64,000 nucleotides of DNA from an uncultured Actinomycetes bacterium (GTDB lineage: Bacteria > Actinomycetota > UBA4738 > HRBIN12): contig CAWEPI010000008.1 in assembly GCA_963810945.1 (NCBI GenBank), forward strand, positions 74,366-138,365. The letters are read 5' to 3'. Shown here in pieces: positions 42,671 to 52,658 of this stretch. The translations under genes were made by a program, and so were the position numbers. Every line of letters starts with the position of its first letter. Positions within the stretch are counted from its first letter, which is position 1. Under the pieces are notes generated by a model. It ran no database searches. It worked only from the letters and a program-made list of their open reading frames with translations, and was not told the DNA's origin.

Positions 42671-44168
42671 ATGACGCAGGGGACATCGAGCGGACGTGTC
42701 GACCGCGCTAGGGAGCGCGCGACGCAGACGCTGCACCGGCTGACCTCCCTCACGAGGACGTGGTACGCGCCGTCGGCCGACGACCCCGAGTTGGTGTGTT
42801 CGCCGCCCGTGGACGACCCCCGTGTACGGTTGGACATCGAGGTGAACGACCTGAGCCGCCTGCCCTGGTTCTACAAGCGATACCCGTCGCCGCTGCCCAG
42901 GCTGCCCCTCCCTCGCGACCTCCTCGCGACCACGCCCTCGGCGGTGGCCGTGCTCTCGGGCACCGCGGACGCCATACCTACCGAACCGGATCTCGCGCAG
43001 CTCTCGCGGGTGCTCCACCTGTCGGCGGGGGTCGTGCGCACGATGGCGCGGCCGTACGGCACGTGGCTGTTCCGAGCGGCCGGGTCGGCGGGCGGCCGTT
43101 TCCCGCTCGAGCTGTACGTGGCGGTGCCCGAGGGCATCTCCCTCCCGCCGGGCGTGCACTGGTACGACCCGTCCGACCACGCGCTGGTGCGAGGTGGGGC
43201 CGCCGCCCAGGGCGAGACGCCGGTGGTCGTCGTCACCGGTGTCCCGTGGCGCACCGGATGGCGCTATCGCGAACGCGGGTACCGCCACGTCTACTGGGAC
43301 GCCGGCACGATGCTCGCGCAGCTCCTGGCCGTGGCCGACTCCGCCGGTCTCACCTCCCGGCTGTACACGCGCTTCCCGGACGCGGAGGTCACCGGGCTCG
43401 TCGGCGCGGACGGGATCCACGAGTGGCCCGTGGCGGCCGTGGCGCTCGGCGAGGGGCAACCCGCGCTGCGCGCGTCCGGCTGCTGCGACCGCGGGCGGGA
43501 TCGACGCGACGCCGGAGGAGTTCCCGCTCGTCACCGCGGCGCAGCGTGCGGGTGACGGCGACGTGCTGGGAGTGCCCTGGGATCGCGGCGCCCCGGGCGA
43601 TGTGCCGCCCGTGCAGAGCGACCCGATCGAGACCGTGGTGCTCAAGCGAGGGTCGCTCCGTCGCATGGACCCCGGCCGCGGCGTCTCGCAGGAGTTGCTC
43701 CGCATGTCGATGTCGGCCGCGATGCGCGGCATCGATGTCCCGCACCGGGTCGTGGTACAGGGCGTCGATGGCCTCGCGCCCGGCGTCTACCGCTGGCCGG
43801 AGCTCTCGGCCCCGGCGCGCTCGGGCGCGATGCGCGACGAGCTCTACCGGGTGTGCCTCGAGCAGGGGCTCGCGCACGACGCAGCGTTCGTCGTGATCGG
43901 CGCGACCGACGTCGGTGCCCTCGACGACCGCGCGTACCGGGAGGCGCAGCTCGCCGCCGGCCTCGTCGAAGGTCGGCTGCACCTCCTCGCCTACGCACTC
44001 GGCGCCGGCGCATCCGGCATGACGTTCATCGACGACGCGGTGCCGGGACTCCTGGGCGAGCCGCTCGACCCCTTGCTGTTCACCTGCGTGGGCGTGCCGG
44101 AGTATGCCTCGGCGCTCGGGGGGCTCCCGGGCGCCCCCACCGCGGTGCGCAAGGTCCTCGAGCGATGA
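42671..44168 (+). CDS. SagB-type dehydrogenase / nitroreductase-superfamily protein (two nitroreductase-like halves), frameshift near 43470-43490
   Basis: ORFs 42119..43555 and 43194..44168 together give one about 499 aa protein with YKRYPSP...RFPLELYV...YWDAG motifs. Confidence 0.65.
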
Positions 44169-44253
44169 GCCCGTCGGCGCTGCTGGGCGAGGATTGCACT
44201 TCGCCACGGACCTCCGTACCCTCGATCTCATCCGAGCGGTCAAGGAGGTCAAC

Positions 44254-44664
44254 GTGCCCTCACGACTCAATCCGTACGTCGCGTTCGATGGGAACGCCCG
44301 AGAAGCGATGGAGTTCTATCGAGATGTCTTCGGCGGCGACCTGACCATCAACACCTTCGGGGAGTACGGCACGGACGATCCGGCGGTCGCGGACAAGACG
44401 ATGCATGCGCTACTGGAGACGGACCGAGGGTTCACACTGATGGCCTCGGACGCCGCACCCGGCATGGAGCATCGACCCGGGAACAACATCACGGTGAGCC
44501 TCAGCGGCGATGACGCCGAGGAGCTCCGCGGCTATTGGGACGGCTTGTCGGGGAGCGGGACCGTGATGATGCCGCTCGAGAAGCAGATGTGGGGTGACGA
44601 GTTCGGCATGTGCGTCGACCGGTTCGGCATCCCCTGGATGGTGAACATCACGCAACCCGCGTAG
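44254..44664 (+). CDS. VOC-family (PhnB/glyoxalase-like) protein
   Basis: SD AAGGAGG lies 5 nt before GTG. VOC fold. Confidence 0.7.
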   Translation: MPSRLNPYVAFDGNAREAMEFYRDVFGGDLTINTFGEYGTDDPAVADKTMHALLETDRGFTLMASDAAPGMEHRPGNNITVSLSGDDAEELRGYWDGLSGSGTVMMPLEKQMWGDEFGMCVDRFGIPWMVNITQPA

Positions 44665-44668
44665 TCGA

Positions 44669-45386
44669 CTACCGGCTGATCCGAGAAGGTGGCTCGAGCC
44701 TGGCGCAGCACTCGCCGGGCGTCGGATCCAGCACGACGCCAACGGTGTCGTTCCCCAACCCGCGCACGATCCCATCGACCAAACGCTCGTTCATGCCGCA
44801 GACGAGCTCGCGGTCTTGCTCGGCGAACTCGTGGAACGGACAGCTCCGTAGGCGCACGCATCCGCGGTCGTCACGGTACGGCTCGAAACCCGTCTCCTCG
44901 AGAACCTCTGATGCGACGGCCATCGCTCGCTCGGCCCCCGGCGGCGCGATGCCACGTCGCTTCCGCTCCGCTCGGCCGATCTCCCTACCCACGTCTGCCG
45001 CGGTTCGGCGTGCTGCCTCCCGGCCCGACTCGTCCCCCCGCTGAGAGCCGAGCGCGCGAAGGAGTACCGACCCGAGGAGGTCGTACCGGCGCTCCGGGGA
45101 TCGTCACGTCGATCTGGCGGTCCGAGGGTTCGTAGTACTTCGCGGAGCGACCGGCGCCGCGACCTCCCCGCCCCGGCGGCCGCGCGTACGAGAAGGTCAG
45201 AAGCCCACGATCCACCAGCTTGTCCAGGTGGAACGCCGCGAGCTTCCGCGAGACGCCCGCCGCGGATGCAGCCTCATCGCGATTGACGGGTCGCCCCTGC
45301 GACCGGACGAAGAGGTAGAGCCGCCGTCGAAGGTCGTCTTCGAGCGCGCCCAGCGCCTCGGCGTCCCGTCTCAGCCCTCGTAGCAT
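44669..45386 (-). CDS. HTH transcriptional regulator with C-terminal Cys/His-rich domain; frameshift at G4 run 45096-45099
   Basis: N-terminal wHTH (RRRLYLFVRSQGRPVNRDEAASAAGVSRKLAAFHLDKLV) in ORF 44985..45488. C-terminal part (IPERRYDLL...CVRLRSCPFH...CGMN...ECC) in ORF 44669..44992. Confidence 0.6.
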
Positions 45387-45452
45387 GGATCTCACCCCTA
45401 CACCAATATGTTCTGGATATAGCCCCACTTCAAGCGTGCTTGCGATTATTTG

Positions 45453-45468
45453 GCTAAGCATTCTTAGC
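45453..45468. promoter_or_regulatory. palindrome GCTAAGcattCTTAGC in the AT-richer divergent region between the Cys-rich HTH regulator and the secreted protein gene
   Basis: 6-4-6 perfect inverted repeat, 67 bp upstream of the regulator ATG. Confidence 0.4.
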
Positions 45469-45558
45469 GTTACGACCCTTGACACCACGCTCAGGCCTTG
45501 CCTAGGGTGAGTCGTAACACCAGTGAGAGACTGGCGTTAGAAAGGAAGGGAGGAGCCG

Positions 45559-46247
45559 ATGGCTCTCAAGGGGAAGATGTGGCAGCGAGGGATCGCCGCG
45601 ACGCTGGCCGTCGCGACGGTCGCCGTGCTCGGGCTCGGAACCTCGTCCTTCGCGACGACGAGCGCGACGTCGGCGACGGCGAGCGCCCAGAGGAACGGTG
45701 CCGCCATCTCGAAGCGTGGGTTCCACGACGGGATGCGACGTCTCTGGGTGGACCACGTGACATGGACCCGCCTGTTCATCGTGAGCTTCGCCGCCGACCT
45801 GCCCGATCTGCATGCCACCACGGACCGGCTCTTGCAGAACCAGGTGGACATCGGCAACGCGATCAAGCCCTTCTACGGCACGTCGGCCGGGCACCGGCTC
45901 ACCGCGCTGCTGACACAGCACATCCTGACGGCGGCCGACCTCCTGACGGCGGCGAAGGCCAACGACACGACGGCGTTCAACCAGGCCAAGATGGAGTGGT
46001 ACGCGAACGCGAGGAAGATCGCGAGCTTCCTGCACGACGCGAACCCGGAGAACTGGCCACTCGCCGACCTGCGCAGCATGATGAAGGCCCACCTCGACCT
46101 CACGCTGCAGGAGGCGTCCGACCAGCTCGGTGGCCACTACGCCGCCGAGCGTGGCCGACTACGACGTCGGTAGAGACGGAGATCCTGCACATGGCGGACA
46201 TGCTTTCGTCGGGGATCATCGCCCAGTTCCCGAAGAAGTTCTCCTAG
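45559..46247 (+). CDS. secreted helical protein, unknown; probable frameshift near 46140-46170
   Basis: The clean ORF 45559..46173 has a signal peptide. An alternative frame continues to stop 46245-46247, immediately followed by a 9-bp GC hairpin. Confidence 0.45.
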
Positions 46248-46258
46248 ACCCAACCGCG

Positions 46259-46286
46259 GGACCCGGCGGCCGAGGTTGCCGGGTCC
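46259..46286 (+). terminator. 9-bp GC stem hairpin GGACCCGGC-N10-GCCGGGTCC
   Basis: Immediately after stop 46247 of the alternative-frame C-terminus of the secreted protein. Confidence 0.4.
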
Positions 46287-46521
46287 TCGCGTCAGGAGGC
46301 TCCGATGAGACCCTCGATGTACGTCGATCGACGGGCGGCCGCTCGGCTGAGGTACGCATCATCCTGGCCTCAGCCTCCATCGTAGCCGGTGCGATCCACA
46401 CGGCCGTAGCGCTCGTACACCTCACGGAGGCTCGCCGCGACGTTCGACCTCTGCTCCTTCATGGGTCACAGGGGTCGGCCGTCGACAGATCTACGTCCGC
46501 CACGCAGGAGGCGCATCGGCC

Positions 46522-47208
46522 ATGACAGAGCGCGGTGTCGATCAGCAGAGGCGAATCGAAGCATCACACGTGCACACCGACCCCGAGGACGACGTGCAGT
46601 GGGAGATCGTTCGTCCTCGCAACATCACCACCGAGCGATGGGATCGGTATCAGGGCTACATCGCCGAGATCCTCGAGTCGCTGGGGATGGACCTCGCGAC
46701 GCCTGGGACGAGCCGAACGCCCGAGCGCTTCCTGAAGGCTCTGCTCGACTCGACCGCGGGCTACGAGGGCGATCCGAAGCTGCTCACCGCGTTCCCGACC
46801 GAGTGCCGCGGCGGCCCGGACTGTCGGATCAGCCAGATCATCGAAGGACCGATCTCGTTCTTCGCCCTGTGTGAGCACCACGCACTCCCGTTCCATGGCA
46901 CGGCGTATGTCGGAGACGTAGCCCACGAGAACATCATCGGGATCTCCAAACTCACGAGACTGGTCCGTGTGTTCGCTCGACGCTTCACGGTCCAAGAGCG
47001 TGTCGGTCAACAGGTCGCCGACGCGCTCATGGACCTGATGCAGCCACACGGCGTCGCGGTCCATCTCGAGGCCGTGCATCTGTGCACGCAGATGCGGGGT
47101 GTCCGAGAGGAAGGATCGAGCACCTGGACATCGTTCTGGCGCGGCACCTACGAGGAGGACAGCGAACTCCGTCGCTCGTTCCTTCAGGCCGCGACGCGGG
47201 CGAGATGA
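46522..47208 (+). CDS. folE: GTP cyclohydrolase I
   Basis: CEHHALPFHG, GISKLTRLV, FARRFTVQER. Confidence 0.85.
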   Translation: MTERGVDQQRRIEASHVHTDPEDDVQWEIVRPRNITTERWDRYQGYIAEILESLGMDLATPGTSRTPERFLKALLDSTAGYEGDPKLLTAFPTECRGGPDCRISQIIEGPISFFALCEHHALPFHGTAYVGDVAHENIIGISKLTRLVRVFARRFTVQERVGQQVADALMDLMQPHGVAVHLEAVHLCTQMRGVREEGSSTWTSFWRGTYEEDSELRRSFLQAATRAR

Positions 47209-47220
47209 GGTCGAGACGCC

Positions 47221-48027
47221 ATGGACCCTCTTGCACCGTTGTTCGAGATCGACGGGTTGCCGACCTACGACCTACCGGAGCCCCTGAGGCGGCTCTACGG
47301 GGGGAGCTTGGGGTTCGCGAGGCCGCGCGTGTACGCGAACTTCGTCGCGTCCCTGGACGGTGTCGTCGCCCTTGAGGACGAGCCACACTCCAGCCAGTTG
47401 ATCAGCGGCAGCAGCGAAGCGGATCGATTCGTGATGGGTCTGCTCCGGGCGTGCGCCGACGCCGTCGTCATCGGGGCGGGCACGTTGCGCGCGGCACCCG
47501 ATTCGGTCTGGACGCCTGCGTTCATCTTCCCCGACGCGGCTCGGGATTTCGCGGCGCTCCGACGAGACCTGGGTCGCCCGGACCCCCCCCGCCTGGTCGT
47601 CCTCACCGCCTCCGGCGAGCTCGACCCCCACCACCCGGCGTTCGAATCCGGAGCGCTCGTGCTCACGACGGAGGCGGGAGCAACGAAGCTCGGACCACGA
47701 CTGCCCCCGGCTTCCACCGTTCGCGCGCTTGGGCACGGTCGAGCGATCGACCTCGCCGACGTGACCGCGACCCTCCTGAACGACGGGCACGAGACCCTCC
47801 TCACGGAAGGCGGGCCCACCGTGATCGGCGGCCTGCTCGAGGCCGGACTCCTTGACGAGCTGTTCCTCACGGTCTCCCCGATCCTCGCGGGTCGATCCGC
47901 CGCGGACGGCCGCCCCGGGCTCATCGAAGGGATAGACCTCCTGCCATCAAGGGAGATCTCCGCCGTCCTGTCGAGCGTTCGCACCCATGGATCCCATCTC
48001 TTCCTGCGCTACGCGATCCCGAGCTGA
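47221..48027 (+). CDS. dihydrofolate-reductase-like (RibD C-terminal domain) reductase
   Basis: RibD_C/DHFR-family fold (YANFVASLDGVVA...LLDELFLTVSPIL). Confidence 0.75.
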   Translation: MDPLAPLFEIDGLPTYDLPEPLRRLYGGSLGFARPRVYANFVASLDGVVALEDEPHSSQLISGSSEADRFVMGLLRACADAVVIGAGTLRAAPDSVWTPAFIFPDAARDFAALRRDLGRPDPPRLVVLTASGELDPHHPAFESGALVLTTEAGATKLGPRLPPASTVRALGHGRAIDLADVTATLLNDGHETLLTEGGPTVIGGLLEAGLLDELFLTVSPILAGRSAADGRPGLIEGIDLLPSREISAVLSSVRTHGSHLFLRYAIPS

Positions 48028-48045
48028 CTCCAGTGGGGATCGCCG

Positions 48046-49875
48046 ATGATCCGGTCGGGCGAGGCCGCCGGTGGCGCACGCCGACGCGAGCCGGCGCGGA
48101 TCGCGGGGTTCGTCCCGATCCGTGAGTACGCAGCGATCGGCGATGGGCGCACCGTTGCGCTCGTCGCCAGCGATGGGTCGATCGATTGGCTCCCGGTACC
48201 GACGATCGATTCGCCGAGCGTGTTCGCCGGACTGCTCGACGCAGAGCGAGGGGGCTCGTTCGAGCTCTCTCCCGATCGGCCTTTCGAAGTCAGCCGACGC
48301 TACCTTCCGGGGACCTGCGTGTTGGAAACCACCTTCTGGACGACTGAGGGGACGGTCCGCGTCACCGATGCGATGACGGTTCCGTCGGGAGGGTTGCCGC
48401 CGTTCCGCGAAGTGGCTCGGAGGATCGACGGACTCGGCGGCCGGGTCCCGATGCGATGGCGCGTGCGTCCCCGGTTCGGCTACGGGCAGGCCCGCACGCG
48501 CATCGGTCGGCGGAACGGGGTTCCCGTCGCCGAATCGAGGCTCGGCGCGGTCGCCGTAGGCTCGTTCGGGGTTGGGGAACCGGGCTTGTCAGCGGACGCG
48601 ATCTCGGGGCAGTTCGAGATCAGTGGCGGCCAACGCGCGCTCCTCTCACTCTCGCTCGCCTACCAGGAGCCTCTCGTCTTGCCGGCCCGAGACGACGTCG
48701 ATGGTCGCGTGAGCGAGACCGTCTCGACGTGGCAGCGATGGAGCGCCGGCCTCACGGCGACGGGGCCGTGGAAGGACGCCGTGGAGCGGAGCGCACTCAC
48801 ACTGAAACTGCTTCTCTCGGCGGCCTCCGGCGCGGTCGCCGCAGCCTCCACGACCTCGCTCCCTGAGACGATCGGTGGTGAACGGAACTGGGACTACCGG
48901 TACTGCTGGATCAGGGACTCGGCGTTCACACTGGACGCCCTCCTCCATCTGGGGTGTGCGCCGGAGGCGAACGCGTTCTTCTGGTGGCTGATGCACGCCT
49001 CACAGCTCACGCACCCCCGCCTACGGGTGCTCTACCGGATGGACGGAGGCCCCGACGCGAAGGAGCGACTCTTGAACCTGGGCGGGTACCGTGGCTCGAC
49101 CCCGGTTCGGATCGGCAACGGTGCCGTCGATCAGCTTCAGCTCGACATCTACGGTGACCTTCTCCAAGCGGCGTGGACGTACGCCGAGGCGGGGTATGTC
49201 ACCGACGTCGATGTCGGGCGACGCCTCGCGGGGGCCGCCGATCAGGTGTGTTCCGTGTGGCGCGAGCCGGATGCGGGGATCTGGGAGGTGCGCAGCGAAC
49301 CTCGCCACTTCAGCCACTCCAAGATGATGAGCTGGGTCGCCCTCGATCGAGCCGTTCGGCTCGCCGAGCGTGGAGCGATCCCCGACCGCCACGTGGATCG
49401 ATGGCGTGAGGCTCGCGCCGCGATCGAGGACTTCGTCTGGTCGTCCTGCTGGTCGGAGACGAAGGGGGCGCTCGTTCGAGCGCCGGACGGCGAGGATCTC
49501 GATGCCGCGCTGTTGCTCAGCGCGCACTTCGGCTTCGGCGCCGGCACGAGATCGCTTCGCCGCACCGTCGACGCGATCAACCGGGAGCTCCGGTCGGGCC
49601 CCCACGTCTACCGTTACTCCGGGGAGGATGGCCTCGCGGGGCGGGAGGGGGCCTTCCTCGCTTGCTCGTTCTGGCTCGTGGAGGCGTTGGCGCGGGTCGG
49701 CAGACTCGACGAGGCCCGCGACCTGATGGGTGAGCTCGTCCGTCTTGCGAACGATGTCGGCCTGTACGCCGAGGAGATCGACCCAGCCGATGAGGCGTTC
49801 CTGGGCAACTTCCCCCAGGGCCTCACACACCTCGCACTGATCGAGGCGGCACTCGCTCTGGGGGAAGACGGGTGA
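48046..49875 (+). CDS. glycoside hydrolase family 15 (glucoamylase/trehalase-like)
   Basis: GH15 signatures (NWDYRYCWIRDSAFT, LDIYGDLL). Confidence 0.85.
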   Translation: MIRSGEAAGGARRREPARIAGFVPIREYAAIGDGRTVALVASDGSIDWLPVPTIDSPSVFAGLLDAERGGSFELSPDRPFEVSRRYLPGTCVLETTFWTTEGTVRVTDAMTVPSGGLPPFREVARRIDGLGGRVPMRWRVRPRFGYGQARTRIGRRNGVPVAESRLGAVAVGSFGVGEPGLSADAISGQFEISGGQRALLSLSLAYQEPLVLPARDDVDGRVSETVSTWQRWSAGLTATGPWKDAVERSALTLKLLLSAASGAVAAASTTSLPETIGGERNWDYRYCWIRDSAFTLDALLHLGCAPEANAFFWWLMHASQLTHPRLRVLYRMDGGPDAKERLLNLGGYRGSTPVRIGNGAVDQLQLDIYGDLLQAAWTYAEAGYVTDVDVGRRLAGAADQVCSVWREPDAGIWEVRSEPRHFSHSKMMSWVALDRAVRLAERGAIPDRHVDRWREARAAIEDFVWSSCWSETKGALVRAPDGEDLDAALLLSAHFGFGAGTRSLRRTVDAINRELRSGPHVYRYSGEDGLAGREGAFLACSFWLVEALARVGRLDEARDLMGELVRLANDVGLYAEEIDPADEAFLGNFPQGLTHLALIEAALALGEDG

Positions 49876-50357
49876 GCGTCTGGGGCGCGGCGATCGGCGG
49901 GCTCACCGGAACGTTCGTCCTGACGACGGTCCTCCGCGGAGCGAGCGAGCTTCATCTCACGAGGATGGATCTGCCGTTCCTGCTGGGCACAGCCGTCACT
50001 CCCAACCGCGCCCGGGCCAAGGCGGTCGGGTACGTGCTGCATTTCATCGCCGGTCTCCTCTTCGCCTTGGTGTACGCGATCGGGTTCGCCGTGCTGGGCG
50101 AGAGCGGGTGGCTGCTCGGCGCGATCTTCGGTCTGATCCACGGCCTGTTCGCGGGTAGTGCGCTCGTGAACATCTTGCTGCCCATCGTGCACCCGCGCAT
50201 GGGGACGTCGATGTCGAGCGTCGGGTCGACGGCCATGCTCGAGCCACCCGGTTTCATGATGATGAACTACGGTCGCGCGACGCCGGTCGTGAGTCTGGGG
50301 GCACACATCCTCTACGGTGCGATCGTCGGCGCGTTCGCGGCGGCCGCCGGCGGTTAG
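49872..50357 (+). CDS. small polytopic membrane protein, unknown
   Basis: GTG overlaps the GH15 stop (GTGA). Four hydrophobic helices. Confidence 0.5.
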   Translation: MSVWGAAIGGLTGTFVLTTVLRGASELHLTRMDLPFLLGTAVTPNRARAKAVGYVLHFIAGLLFALVYAIGFAVLGESGWLLGAIFGLIHGLFAGSALVNILLPIVHPRMGTSMSSVGSTAMLEPPGFMMMNYGRATPVVSLGAHILYGAIVGAFAAAAGG

Positions 50358-51205
50358 TCGGTCTTCGAGAACCGGACGATCGCGATCCCGAGCATCAAGA
50401 GTCCCGCGACCCCGACCACGGCGAGGGCCATGCCGCTGGGGAGTCGCCACCCGTCCCAGGTGACCCCCCCGTTCAGGCGGAGAGCAAGCGCCGGTGGGAC
50501 GGCGACGTGGGCGAAGACCGCTCGACGCATCGGGTCGACCGCGTAGGCGAGCGGGTCGATCTTCGTCAAGGCGGAGAGCCACCGCGGCAATCCGGTCAGC
50601 GGGAAGATCGCCCCCGCGAGGAAGAACATCGGAAGCACGAACAGCTGCATCACGACCTGGAACGACTCGACCTGCTTGATCCGACTCGCGAGCATCAGCC
50701 CGAACGCCGTGAGCATGAACGCCGCCAGGGCCATCTCGCCGAGGAGCTCCAACATCAGGATCGGCGAATACGGGACGTGGACGACCCCCGCGAGGGCCAG
50801 GATGATCACGCCCTGCATGGTCGCGACCGTGGCTCCGCCTGCTGCCTTGCCGACCATGATGGCCCAGCGACGCGACGGCGCGACGAGCATCTCGCGGAGG
50901 AACCCGAACTCGCGATCCCAGACGATCGATACGGCGGAGAAGATGGCCGTGAAGAGGATCGTCATGGAGATGACCCCGGGGAACATGAAGGTGCGGTAGT
51001 CGAACCCCGTGGCGCCCGGGAGCAGGTGCGAGAGCCCGGTCCCGAGCACGAACAGGAACAGGATCGGCTGCGCGAGCGACGTCAGGATCCGCGGCTTGTT
51101 CCGGCGGAACCGGATCAGCTCTCGCTTCCAGACCACCTTCACGGCGCGCCAGTCATCAGCCAACGTGCCGCTGGCGACGCGAACGGGAGCGATCTCGATG
51201 CTCAT
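50354..51205 (-). CDS. ABC-2 family transporter permease
   Basis: Six-TM ABC-2 permease fold. Confidence 0.8.
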   Translation of the reverse strand: MSIEIAPVRVASGTLADDWRAVKVVWKRELIRFRRNKPRILTSLAQPILFLFVLGTGLSHLLPGATGFDYRTFMFPGVISMTILFTAIFSAVSIVWDREFGFLREMLVAPSRRWAIMVGKAAGGATVATMQGVIILALAGVVHVPYSPILMLELLGEMALAAFMLTAFGLMLASRIKQVESFQVVMQLFVLPMFFLAGAIFPLTGLPRWLSALTKIDPLAYAVDPMRRAVFAHVAVPPALALRLNGGVTWDGWRLPSGMALAVVGVAGLLMLGIAIVRFSKTD

Positions 51206-52198
51206 CGGCGCGCCCCCATCCTTCGCCGGATGAACGGGCTGCTCGCCAGCCGCTCCGCGCTCGACGCCTCGGTGTCGCGGATGGTTCGTCCCGTATAGGA
51301 CATGAACACATCGTCGAGGGTGGGCTGCGCCAACGAGACGGAGAGGATCGGGACCTTCAGCTCGGCGAACAGCGTGGGGATGAACCGATCGCCGTTGGGC
51401 ACGTAGATCCGCACCGCCCCCTCGGCGACCGTCGGGTCGAGCCCCAGCCCGTCGCGCAGCTCCTCGATCGTGGCCTCGTCGTCGGCCGTTCGGAGCTCGA
51501 TCCGATCGCGCCCGACGCTCGACTTCAGGGCTTCGGGCGTGTCGATCGCGACGATGCTTCCGTGATCGATGATCGCGATCCGATCGCAGTGCTCGGCCTC
51601 GTCCATGTAGTGGGTGGTCAGGAAGATCGTGATCGACTCCCGGCGCCGGAGCTCCTCGATGTAGCTCCAGATATGGGCGCGCGTCTGAGGGTCGAGGCCC
51701 ACCGTGGGCTCATCGAGGAATAGGACCCGCGGCGAATGCAGCAGGCCCCTGGCGATCTCCAACCGTCGCTTCATCCCACCCGAGAAGGTCGACACGATGC
51801 TCCCGCGGCGCTCCCAGAGGCCGACCATCTCGAGGACGTCCTTCAGACGCGTCGGCGGCGACCTCGCGCGGTACCCCGTAGAGCTCGGCATGGAACCGCA
51901 GGTTCTCTTCCGCGGTCAGGTACTCGTCGAGGGTGGGGTCCTGGAACACGAGACCGATGTGCCGGCGCACGTCTGCAGGGCGCGTCGAAACGTCGAACCC
52001 GGCGACCGCGGCGCGTCCCGCCGTCGGGCGCAGGAGCGTGCAGAGGATGTTGATCGTCGTCGACTTGCCGGCTCCGTTCGGGCCTAAGAAGCCGAACGAC
52101 TCCCCGGCTTGAACCACGAACGAGACGTCATCTACAGCGGTGATGTCATCGAATGACTTGCCGAGATGCTCTACGACGATCGCTCGCTCGCGGCTCAC
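51202..52198 (-). CDS. ABC transporter ATP-binding protein; frameshift near 51850-51860
   Basis: Walker A GPNGAGKST in ORF 51710..52198. Signature FSGGMKRRLEIA and Walker B LFLDEPTVGLD in ORF 51202..51891. Confidence 0.8.
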
Positions 52199-52653
52199 GT
52201 GGCATCTCCCCGGTCCGATCCCGCCTCATCCATCACGTCGCGAAGGGCGCGGAGGCCGGCAAGCAGGTGCAGCGCGTCCTGCGAAGAGAGGGACCCGACC
52301 TTCTCCTCGGCGATGCCTCGGTAGGTCGCCCGCCAGTGCTCGAGCTCGCGGGCGCCGGCCGCCGACAGATGTAGCCGCACGAGCCGTTGGTCCGCAGGAT
52401 CCTTGGCCTTGCGAACCAGACCCTCCAGGCTCAAGTCCGCGATGATCAGGGAGACGAGGCTCTTCGGCATGTACTTCCGCCGGGCCAGCTCGCTCAAGCT
52501 GATCCCCGGCTCCTTGGAGATCGCGCGCATGAGCGAAAGGGTCGCGAGCGAGCGCTTCCGCTCCTCCGCCGCCTCCATCAGCCGCTCTCGAAGCGCGCGG
52601 TTCACGTCCCGCAGGTGATCGACGATCTCCTCGTCGCGGCTCGACCGACTCAC
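52195..52653 (-). CDS. MarR-family transcriptional regulator
   Basis: wHTH ISLSELARRKYMPKSLVSLIIADLSLEGLVRK...DQRLVRLHLS. The start is placed at GTG 52653, downstream of a palindromic operator. The ORF is open to 52710. Confidence 0.7.
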   Translation of the reverse strand: MSRSSRDEEIVDHLRDVNRALRERLMEAAEERKRSLATLSLMRAISKEPGISLSELARRKYMPKSLVSLIIADLSLEGLVRKAKDPADQRLVRLHLSAAGARELEHWRATYRGIAEEKVGSLSSQDALHLLAGLRALRDVMDEAGSDRGDAT

Positions 52654-52658
52654 GGCGC

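Noticed and set aside
42590-43732. N-terminal 381 codons of ORF 40550..43732 upstream of the P1B ATPase ATG at 42589
   Set aside because: Junk-like translation overlapping the divergent SagB-type gene. The ATPase homology, including the first TM helix and His-rich N-terminus, starts at 42589.
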